Positions 56,689-64,000 of a stretch of DNA of 64,000 nt are shown here, in pieces. The notes beneath the pieces were generated by a model, which was not told the origin of the DNA, did not search any database, and saw nothing but the letters and a program-made list of their open reading frames with translations. Source of the DNA: Patescibacteria group bacterium (GTDB taxonomy: Bacteria; Patescibacteriota; Minisyncoccia; UBA6257; 2-01-FULL-56-20); assembly GCA_018971305.1 (NCBI GenBank), contig JAGXBC010000002.1, positions 144,046 to 208,045 on the forward strand. Direction: 5' to 3'. Position numbers and translations under genes: made by a program. The stretch's first letter is position 1, and each line of letters begins with the position of its first letter.

Positions 56689-59529
56689 ATGCCTAAATAT
56701 GATTCGCAGAAAGTCGAGAAGAAATGGCAAAAGAAGTGGCTGGAGGAGAAAGTTTACGAGCCGGACTTAAAGAACCCGAAGAAGCCGTTCTATAACCTGA
56801 TGATGTTCCCGTATCCGTCGGCAGAAGGTTTGCACGTCGGGAATATGTACGCTTTTACGGGAAGCGATATTTATGGCCGCTATCAGAGGATGCGCGGCAA
56901 TGATGTGTTTGAGCCGATAGGGCTTGATGGCTTCGGCATCCACTCGGAAAATTATGCCCTAAAAGTCGGTACGCATCCAATGGAGCAGGCCAAAGTTTCC
57001 GAAAAGCGTTTTTACGAGCAACTGCAGGCGATAGGCAATGGTTTCGCCTGGGACGAACATCTGGAGACCTATGACCCCGAGTATTATAAGTGGACGCAAT
57101 GGATTTTTACGCAGATGTGGAAGCGGGGATTAGCTTACAGAAAAAAACAAAGGGTTAATTGGTGCCCCAAAGACAAAACGGTTTTAGCGGACGAGCAGGT
57201 TGAGGGCGGCAAGTGCGAGCGCTGCGGCAGCGTTGTTGAAAAACGCGAACTGGAACAGTGGTTTTTCAGGATAACCGCTTATGCAGAAAAGCTTTTGCAG
57301 AATATCGAAAAATTAGATTGGTCCGAAAAAGTTAAAATCGCCCAAAGAAATTGGATAGGCCGTTCGGAAGGCGCGCTTTTGAAGTTCCCGGTTATGGGTT
57401 CAAAGTTATCAATAGAAGTTTTTACCACGCGGCCCGACACTTTGTTCGGTGCGACCTACATGGTTTTAGCGCCGGAACACGCGTTAGTTTTAGAATTGAA
57501 AGAAAAAATATCCAACTGGAAAGATGTTGAAAAATATATAGAGAGTTCCAAAAAGAAAACAGAGGATGAACGAATTGCCGAAGGCAAAGAAAAAACCGGT
57601 GTCGAATTGAAAGGCGTCAAAGCCATAAACCCGGCCAATAAAGAAGAAATTCCCATCTGGCTTGCCGACTACGTTCTTTCCGGCTACGGAACAGGAGCAA
57701 TAATGGCCGTGCCGGCGCAAGACGAGCGAGATTCTGAATTTGCCAAGAAATTTAAACTGCCCATAAGAACAGTCATTGAGCCGATAACCGGTGAACCAAG
57801 AACAGACGAAAGTGAAAGGGCGGGAATAGTGGCAATAGTAGAGGACCCTAAAACCGGTAAAATACTCTCGTTAGATTGGCGTGATGGCGGAGGTGTTCTT
57901 TTTGTCGGTGGAGGCATAGAAAGCGGAGAAGATCTGATACGGTGCGGGGTGCGAGAGATAATAGAAGAAACAGGATATAAAAACTTAAAATTTATTTCAT
58001 CCACAGAAACAATACACCACCATTTCCATGCATTTTCCAAGAACAAGAATAGATACATGCATGCGATCGGTTTATATTTTCAATTGGAAAATGAAGAAAG
58101 AGAAAAAGAACGCTTGGAGGATCATGAAAAAGATAAATTCATTGTTGGATGGATTACTAAGGACGAAGCCGAAAGCAAGGTTAAAGATGCAATGCATCAA
58201 TATATTTTTCAGAAACTAATCCGTGGGAAGTGTTATTCCGGTCCAGGGCTGCTGGCAAATTCTGGAAAATTCTCCGGTATGGATTCCGAAAAAGCCAAAT
58301 GGGAAATAACGAAATTCGTCGGCGGCGAAAAGAAAATCCAATATCGTTTGCGCGATTGGCTTATTTCGCGCCAGCGCTATTGGGGCCCGCCGATACCGAT
58401 GGTTTATTGTGAGGCGTGCGCCAAAGAGAATAAAGGGGAACAAAAGGAAATGCCCGGCTGGTTTGCGGTTCTGGAAAATGAACTGCCTGTTGAGCTCCCT
58501 AAGGTAAAGGATTTTAGGCCGCAGGGTAAGGGGGAGTCGCCGCTAGCATCCGTGAAAGATTTTTACGAAACAACATGCCCTGGTTGCGGCGGCAAGGCGC
58601 GCAGAGAAACAGATGTTTCCGACACGTTCCTGGATTCTGCCTGGTATTATCTCCGCTATCTGGACCCAAAAAATGAAAAAGAAGTTTTTGATAAAAAGAT
58701 AATCAAAAAATGGCTGCCGGCGGAAATGTATATCGGTGGTGCCGAGCACGCCGTATTACACCTTCTTTATGTTCGTTTTATCGCTATGGTTTTCCACGAC
58801 CTGGGTCTTGTTGAATTTGACGAGCCCTTCAAGCGTTTCCGGGCCCACGGGCTTCTGATAAAAGAGGGCGCCAAGATGTCCAAATCAAAAGGCAACGTTG
58901 TAAACCCCGATGAATATATAAAAAAATTCAGCGCCGATGTTCTGCGGATGTACCTTATGTTCCTCGCCCCTTTTGATCAGGGCGGTGATTTCCGCGACGC
59001 GGGGATTCTTGGCATTGAGCGATTCTTAAATAGGACATGGAAATTATATGAAAGCGAAGGCAAGAAAAATAAAACTTCACCGGCCTTTCATCGCGCCGTA
59101 AAAAAAGTTACGGAAGACATTGAGTCGCTTCATTACAACACGGCAATCAGCGCCCTCATGATACTTTTGAACGAATTTGAAAAAGAGGGAATTGCGCCGG
59201 AAGAAAAAGTCGGATTCGTAAAGCTTCTCGCTCCTTTTGCGCCGCACATGGCGGAGGAAATTTGGCGGGAAGTTCTCGGCCATAAAACGTCAATTCATAA
59301 AGAGATGTGGCCGGAATACGACGAGAAGCTGATAAAAGAAGAATCGTTCACGCTTGTTATCCAGATTAACGGCAAAGTGCGCGCAAGTGTTGAAGTTCCA
59401 ATCGATATAAGCGAGAATAGAGCTAAAGAGACCGCGCTGGGAAACGAACGAGTTTGTGCTCTTCTCGATGGCAAAGAGCTGAAAAAAGTAATCTATGTGC
59501 CGAAAAAATTAATTAACATCGTCGTTTAG
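56689..59529 (+). CDS. leuS: Leucyl-tRNA synthetase with inserted NUDIX domain
   Basis: MFPYPS-x-x-GLHVGN, FTTRPDT CP1, DWLISRQRYWG, KMSKS; Nudix box at about 57910-57975. Confidence 0.97.
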   Translation: MPKYDSQKVEKKWQKKWLEEKVYEPDLKNPKKPFYNLMMFPYPSAEGLHVGNMYAFTGSDIYGRYQRMRGNDVFEPIGLDGFGIHSENYALKVGTHPMEQAKVSEKRFYEQLQAIGNGFAWDEHLETYDPEYYKWTQWIFTQMWKRGLAYRKKQRVNWCPKDKTVLADEQVEGGKCERCGSVVEKRELEQWFFRITAYAEKLLQNIEKLDWSEKVKIAQRNWIGRSEGALLKFPVMGSKLSIEVFTTRPDTLFGATYMVLAPEHALVLELKEKISNWKDVEKYIESSKKKTEDERIAEGKEKTGVELKGVKAINPANKEEIPIWLADYVLSGYGTGAIMAVPAQDERDSEFAKKFKLPIRTVIEPITGEPRTDESERAGIVAIVEDPKTGKILSLDWRDGGGVLFVGGGIESGEDLIRCGVREIIEETGYKNLKFISSTETIHHHFHAFSKNKNRYMHAIGLYFQLENEEREKERLEDHEKDKFIVGWITKDEAESKVKDAMHQYIFQKLIRGKCYSGPGLLANSGKFSGMDSEKAKWEITKFVGGEKKIQYRLRDWLISRQRYWGPPIPMVYCEACAKENKGEQKEMPGWFAVLENELPVELPKVKDFRPQGKGESPLASVKDFYETTCPGCGGKARRETDVSDTFLDSAWYYLRYLDPKNEKEVFDKKIIKKWLPAEMYIGGAEHAVLHLLYVRFIAMVFHDLGLVEFDEPFKRFRAHGLLIKEGAKMSKSKGNVVNPDEYIKKFSADVLRMYLMFLAPFDQGGDFRDAGILGIERFLNRTWKLYESEGKKNKTSPAFHRAVKKVTEDIESLHYNTAISALMILLNEFEKEGIAPEEKVGFVKLLAPFAPHMAEEIWREVLGHKTSIHKEMWPEYDEKLIKEESFTLVIQINGKVRASVEVPIDISENRAKETALGNERVCALLDGKELKKVIYVPKKLINIVV

Positions 59530-59559
59530 GGATTTATTTGCAGTTTAATAATTGTTTCC

Positions 59560-60495
59560 ATGATGGGTCCGAAAATTATAGTTATATTGGTTTTGGTGGT
59601 GCTGGTTGGCGGCATAGTTTTTGTGGCGCGCAGCGGTGTTTTCAGCAAGCTTGGTTCGCTCAATCTAAAATCCGTATTTCCTTTAGGAGGTGCTACTACC
59701 GCTAATTCCACGAGTACTTCGCCTAAACCGCAAAACAGCACAACGACAAAGCCAAACATTAGCACGAGTACTGTTGCTACTAAGACGACGTCCACCGTGT
59801 CGTCTGTGGTTGGCCATGCAACCATAAAGCCATCGGACATTCCGGCGGGATTTACCGCGGAGGACATGTCGCCGTATTTCCATCAGGTTCGTTTCAATTC
59901 CGTGTCCACGAGTAAGGTATCGCTTGCCGCTAAATTCAGCGGTCCGGGAGCTATCGACGTGACTGACTGGCTGATTAAGGCCAACAGGGGTTCGCAGGTG
60001 GTAGGCACGGCGATAAATATCTATTACCCGGTCGGCGATAATCCGGAGGGTGATGTCTATCTTTCAAGCAGCAATGTTTTGAATATGTACATTGGCACGA
60101 ATTCCGTGGGTCCTAACCTGCGTCTCAACAAATGCATAGGTTATCTAAAAGGATCCTTCCAATATAATCCATCTTTGCCTGGTGGTTGCCCGGCTCCTTA
60201 CAGCAGCAAGTCAGACCTCTCGTCGTTCACCGGCCAGTGCCAGAATTATATTACTTCTTTGGGTTCCTGCCAGGTTCCGAAATCAAACGTTCTGCTTCCT
60301 CAGAATGATTATGCCTGCCTTGCTTTCATACAAAACATCAGTTATCGGAGTTGTTTTAATACTCATGCAGGCGACAGCAACTTTTTGAGTAACGAATGGC
60401 GGATGTGGGTCAGTGGAAAATTTTTGGACTCGAAGCATGATGTCGTAAAACTTTTGGATAGAAATGGGAAATTAGTTGATTTATATAGTTATTAA
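59560..60495 (+). CDS. Membrane-anchored Cys-containing surface protein (lamin-tail-like fold possible)
   Basis: N-terminal TM, Ser/Thr linker, IDVTDW, NKCIGYL, D-x-V-x-LLD-x-x-G-x-LVD-x-Y-x-Y. Confidence 0.75.
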   Translation: MMGPKIIVILVLVVLVGGIVFVARSGVFSKLGSLNLKSVFPLGGATTANSTSTSPKPQNSTTTKPNISTSTVATKTTSTVSSVVGHATIKPSDIPAGFTAEDMSPYFHQVRFNSVSTSKVSLAAKFSGPGAIDVTDWLIKANRGSQVVGTAINIYYPVGDNPEGDVYLSSSNVLNMYIGTNSVGPNLRLNKCIGYLKGSFQYNPSLPGGCPAPYSSKSDLSSFTGQCQNYITSLGSCQVPKSNVLLPQNDYACLAFIQNISYRSCFNTHAGDSNFLSNEWRMWVSGKFLDSKHDVVKLLDRNGKLVDLYSY

Positions 60496-60500
60496 AGAAC

Positions 60501-60860
60501 ATGGAGCGCGGAATTCGTAATACAATAAGAGAAATAGTTTTGCGGTTCAGAGCCAAAGACATTGGTTTTAAGAGAATAAAATCAGGATTAAAAACCGTTG
60601 AAACTCGCGCGGCTACAAAAAAATACCGCGATTTTAAGGCGGGGGACAAGCTAATCTTTGTCTGCGGCAATGAACGGTTCGGTAGGAAGATAACCAAAGT
60701 CCAGCACTTCGGGGGGATCGCCGCTATGCTTAAAAAAGTTCCTTATAAAAAAATCAACCCACTTTTTATATCTCTCGCCGCCGCCAAAAAAATTTATTAT
60801 GGTTATCCCGGCTATAAAGAAAAAATCAAAAAATTCGGGATTATAGCTCTTTATATTTAA
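60501..60860 (+). CDS. ASCH domain protein
   Basis: F-x-x-IKSGLKTVETR, GDKLIF. Confidence 0.88.
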   Translation: MERGIRNTIREIVLRFRAKDIGFKRIKSGLKTVETRAATKKYRDFKAGDKLIFVCGNERFGRKITKVQHFGGIAAMLKKVPYKKINPLFISLAAAKKIYYGYPGYKEKIKKFGIIALYI

Positions 60861-60872
60861 CCAAGCCCGGTT

Positions 60873-61922
60873 TTATTTCCTTTCCACCAATGCCAGCTTG
60901 ATCTTGAATTGTTTGTCGCCGCGCAAAACAAGGAGTTCCGCGCTGTCGCCGACATCCATATTCTCCAGAAAATCCTGTATTGGATGTTCTTTGTCCAATT
61001 TTTTCGCATTGAATTCCAAAATAATATCCTTTTCTTTAAGGCCGGCTTTTTCCGCCGGGCTGCCGGGGACAACGCCGTGGTCGTTCTGGCTTTCGGCGAT
61101 AACAAGCGCGCCGTAATTTACGGGCAGATTCATTTTGTCTCTCATATTGTCGTCAACCATCATGTAGCGCACGCCCAAAAGCGGCCTGCGGATGCGGCCG
61201 TATTTTTTTATGTCGTCCAGGTCACGCCTCGCGGCGTTTACTGGAATCGCAAAGCCAATGTTCTGCGCGCCAAAAACGATTGCGGCGTTAACGCCGATAA
61301 CAAGGCCATCTAAGTCAACTAGCGGCCCCCCTGAATTTCCTGGATTTATGGCGGCATCTGTTTGAATCAGCCCGCGCATTTCCTGCGGGGGAGCGTCGGG
61401 TTCTGCCTGAGCAGAAATTGAGCGCGAGAGGCCGGAGACGATTCCTAATGAAACAGTATTTTTAAATATTCCCAAAGCGTTGCCGATGGCGATTACACTT
61501 TCCCCGAGTTCCAGGGTTGTCGCGTCGCCTAATTTCAGAAACGAGAGATTATCCGCCGGTATTTTTATTATCGCTACATCGTTTATCGGATCGCGGCTTA
61601 AAACTTCCGCTGGGAATTTTCTGCCATCATTTAGAATCACCGTATATTCCGCCTTGGAGTCGGCGATAACATGTTTATTTGTAAGTATGACTCCGGTTTT
61701 ATCCACTATAAATCCCGAACCGCCTCCTATCTGGACCATCCCGCGCTTATCAACGAGTTCCGGTGGGATATCAAGCTTTTTACCATCGGGAGTTCCCGGC
61801 AAAAATGGATAGAGCTCCTTGGGAATTTCTTTTTCCAAATCTTCCAGATGCTTGGCGATAGCGATAGAAACCACCGCCGGCATAACTTTTTTTATCGTGG
61901 CGATTACGATTTTATCTTGCAT
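60873..61922 (-). CDS. HtrA/DegP-like trypsin protease with one PDZ domain, no signal peptide
   Basis: GSGF, TNKHV, D-x-A, QTDAAINPGNSGGPL, GSPAEKAGL PDZ. Confidence 0.93.
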   Translation of the reverse strand: MQDKIVIATIKKVMPAVVSIAIAKHLEDLEKEIPKELYPFLPGTPDGKKLDIPPELVDKRGMVQIGGGSGFIVDKTGVILTNKHVIADSKAEYTVILNDGRKFPAEVLSRDPINDVAIIKIPADNLSFLKLGDATTLELGESVIAIGNALGIFKNTVSLGIVSGLSRSISAQAEPDAPPQEMRGLIQTDAAINPGNSGGPLVDLDGLVIGVNAAIVFGAQNIGFAIPVNAARRDLDDIKKYGRIRRPLLGVRYMMVDDNMRDKMNLPVNYGALVIAESQNDHGVVPGSPAEKAGLKEKDIILEFNAKKLDKEHPIQDFLENMDVGDSAELLVLRGDKQFKIKLALVERK

Positions 61923-61988
61923 TACTCTATTGTATCACAAATAAAAACCGATAGGTCCCATTTATGACGCTTGTATAGAAATTTTTTG

Positions 61989-62060
61989 TGCCCTCGGAGG
62001 GAATTGAACCCCCATCTCTTCCTTAGGACGGAATAGCTCTATCCGTTGAGCTACGAGGGC
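61989..62060 (-). tRNA. tRNA-Arg(CCT)
   Basis: GCCCTCG/CGAGGGC acceptor, GCTC/GAGC D arm, loop GT-CCT-AA, TTCAAT T loop. Confidence 0.93.
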
Positions 62061-62122
62061 GAAAATTGTCAGAACTTCATTTTTTTTATACTATACAGGA
62101 GATATAAATATTAGTTAAGCGG

Positions 62123-62193
62123 GGGCCTATAGTATAGTGGCAGAACGCCTCCATGGCATGGAGGAGGTGGGGGTTCGATTCCCCCTAGGTCCA
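62123..62193 (+). tRNA. tRNA-Ala(GGC)
   Basis: GGGCCTA/TAGGTCC acceptor with G3-U70; CCTCC-AT-GGC-AT-GGAGG. Confidence 0.95.
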
Positions 62194-62336
62194 CATAAAG
62201 AGGAATTGAACGCCGGAGCCAAAATTTCCAGTAGGAAATGTTAGCGAGGCGGTGCCCAGACCGCGCACGACCTGCCGGACGTCAGGCGGGACGGCGGCTA
62301 GCGCGAGAGTCGCGGGCGATTCCCCCTAGGTCCACA
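62176..62336 (+). repeat. 20-bp duplication of tRNA-Ala 3' end enclosing a 121-bp insert
   Basis: CGATTCCCCCTAGGTCCACA at 62176-62195 and 62317-62336. Confidence 0.9.
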
Positions 62337-62338
62337 AG

Positions 62339-62426
62339 GGTGGGGTGGCCGAGTGGTTGAAGGCGACGGTCTTGAAAACCGTTATACCCCAAAAGGGTAT
62401 CGTGAGTTCGAATCTCACCCCCACCG
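62339..62426 (+). tRNA. tRNA-Ser(TGA)
   Basis: GGTGGGG/CCCCACC acceptor, ACGGT-CT-TGA-AA-ACCGT, long variable arm, GTGAG-TTCGAAT-CTCAC. Confidence 0.95.
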
Positions 62427-62743
62427 CAGGGTCGGGCACCGATGCGAGAGATCGATGCCCCTTATTTTTCAATACTTTTTGAAAATCTTTTGAACGGCAA
62501 AAATGAGCAGGGAGAAGAGATTCGAACTTTTACTCTGGTCTGAGCATCGGCTAATATTGAGATATCACTCGCCATGAATAAAAACAGCCCCAAATTCGTT
62601 GAATTTCGCCCAAACGAAAATATAAATTTCCTATAACATGCGCACGGGCGGGATGGGGCGAGTGTTATATACTAAAAGTATTCGGCCTCCTCTCCAAAAA
62701 ACTCTCCCTAAAAAATACGGTTAGTTTGAGGGTAAAACAAACA

Positions 62744-62772
62744 AAAAACACCGTTTTTGAAGCGGTGTTTTT
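62744..62772 (-). terminator. Intrinsic terminator
   Basis: AAAAACACCG...CGGTGTTTTT just past stop at 62780. Confidence 0.75.
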
Positions 62773-62779
62773 GTTCGGG

Positions 62780-63427
62780 TTAGCGAGAGTTTATTTGTCC
62801 CTGCAACACCTTTATCTGATCCAAAATATTTTGAATCTGTTGCTGGATATTGCTCGCGTTGTTTGTATTTGCCGATGACGATTCCGTATTGGTTCCGCCA
62901 TTTTCTCCCTCGCCTCCGTTCTTCTGCTGATTACTTTGCCCGTTTTCACCCTCACTCGTATTCCCCTGTCCACCCTCCATCTCCGTCTCTCTATTGCTGA
63001 GTTCTTGCGTATCACCGAGCGAATAATCTCTGATTACTTGGCCGTTCACGGTAAGCTCGTGATTCGCATCTACCGATCCCGAGACCCCTACTTCGTCTCC
63101 GGATTTAAGAACGCTGGACAAGATCACCTGACCGCCGCCAGCGCCATTCTGCAAAAGAAATTCCAATCCTGAAGCGTCGACGATATTGACCGTCCAGGAG
63201 GTTCCCCAGACTTTGCCGACAAAAGAATTACCACTCACGCTTTCTACAACCATGCCGTGAGCCAAAAATCTTCCTTCGGGATTAATGCTCAGCTCTGCCG
63301 GTCTGAATAACTGGGGCGGCGTGGATGGAGATGCCGGCGGAGTGGAAGTAGCGGTCTGAGCCATGGCCAAAGAAACAAGACCCGCTGTTGCTGCCATCGC
63401 AAGCGCGCCAATAAAATATTTTTTCAT
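62780..63427 (-). CDS. Secreted hypothetical protein (OB-fold/DUF5666-like) with Q-rich tail
   Basis: Signal peptide; GDEVGVSG...VIRDYS; IQQQIQNILDQIKVLQ. Confidence 0.75.
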   Translation of the reverse strand: MKKYFIGALAMAATAGLVSLAMAQTATSTPPASPSTPPQLFRPAELSINPEGRFLAHGMVVESVSGNSFVGKVWGTSWTVNIVDASGLEFLLQNGAGGGQVILSSVLKSGDEVGVSGSVDANHELTVNGQVIRDYSLGDTQELSNRETEMEGGQGNTSEGENGQSNQQKNGGEGENGGTNTESSSANTNNASNIQQQIQNILDQIKVLQGQINSR

Positions 63428-63452
63428 GGGTTTTATATTTTTATAAACAAAC

Positions 63453-63460
63453 CGACCTTT
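63453..63460 (-). promoter_or_regulatory. AAAGGTCG 5'-leader motif (copy 3)
   Basis: 25 nt upstream of ATG 63427. Confidence 0.6.
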
Positions 63461-63552
63461 ACTTGCCTTGATTTAATTCTACCATATTTATTATATTACG
63501 CTCATCAAAGATTTCGGGGTGGCCCCACTTGTGGCAATCCTATACCGAAGAG

Positions 63553-63708
63553 CTAGATCGGTCTTTGCCGTTTGTTAAATACGAAATAACACGTGAGTCC
63601 GGCAGCGATAATAATCAGTACACTTCCTGCAATATCCACCGGGTGATGGATGCCGGAATAGACTCTGGCGAAGCCGATCAATAATGCGAGTAGAAAGAGA
63701 ATGGCGCT
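63553..63708 (-). pseudogene. C-terminal fragment of a PAP2 phosphatase (BcrC-like)
   Basis: ARVYSGIHHPVD = PAP2 motif C3; upstream sequence is a tRNA-like fragment, not PAP2 motifs C1/C2. Confidence 0.75.
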
Positions 63709-63709
63709 A

Positions 63710-63732
63710 CCCCTCCGGACAGGATTCGAACC
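63710..63732 (-). other. tRNA 3'-end-like fragment (possible att-site scar)
   Basis: GGTTCGAATCCTGTCCGGAGGGG without a 5' tRNA half. Confidence 0.55.
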
Positions 63733-64000
63733 GATTTGAGGCGAAGACGAAAATAAAAAGTAAGGTTTTTCAATACTTTTTTTAAATTTAGTGAGAGTCG
63801 GTTCGCCTCCGCCAAGACAGCGACTTTCCCAGATTAAACACTCATCTTCCAAGAATTTTGCAACGGCTTGCTAAAGCGCCAATCTAGACCGACCCACGCC
63901 GCCAATTTATTTTAGTAAAAATAGAAAATTTCTGGAGTGCGAAGTCGTTTTTTAATTTTGTTATTATTAAGGAGATATCCAAGGTTCTTGCATATGCCCA

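Noticed and set aside
62123..62193. A32-U38 pair in the tRNA-Ala(GGC) anticodon loop as an anomaly
   Set aside because: Known conserved feature of tRNA-Ala(GGC)
848..63172. Numerous antisense or nested ORFs in the six-frame track (e.g. 15713-16150, 21642-22346, 54983-55603)
   Set aside because: Shadows of well-supported genes on the other strand or frame, with no motifs
63553..63852. 99-aa ORF as an intact gene
   Set aside because: First 48 codons read through hairpin and tRNA-like DNA; only the C-terminal half is PAP2-like
1..64000. CRISPR array, DGR, prophage, rRNA or alternative genetic code
   Set aside because: No regularly spaced repeats, reverse transcriptase, phage structural genes or rRNA seen; conserved genes such as rpiB end at TGA and are not fragmented under code 11

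Overview
Bacterial chromosomal window, standard genetic code (TGA is a stop). Gene content and order point to a Patescibacteria/CPR (Parcubacteria-like) genome; this is inferred, not searched. The window holds a type IV pilus locus, hisS-HIT-rpsU-yqeY-ybeY-ftsA-ftsZ, typA, a class II RNR, a gap-rpiB-rpe-split tkt-pfkB-fba cluster, rplY-transglycosylase-M16-AI-2E-metG-tatD and leuS with a NUDIX insert. There are four tRNAs: Asn(GTT), split by a group I intron inside the anticodon, plus Arg(CCT), Ala(GGC) and Ser(TGA). Several tiny mobile or palindromic elements are also present. Two signals stand out. (1) Three translation-start architectures coexist: many core genes look leaderless (-10 box 6-11 nt before ATG, no SD); three genes carry AAAGGTCG 25-28 nt before ATG; and about 11 solitary accessory genes have -35/-10 promoters and strong Shine-Dalgarno sites, and look built for a conventional (host-like) ribosome. 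(2) Two pilins each end partway through a beta-domain that seems to be completed by the adjacent Sec-secreted protein, suggesting split-domain anchoring of adhesins on the pilus. All family calls come from motif recognition by eye; no database searches were run.
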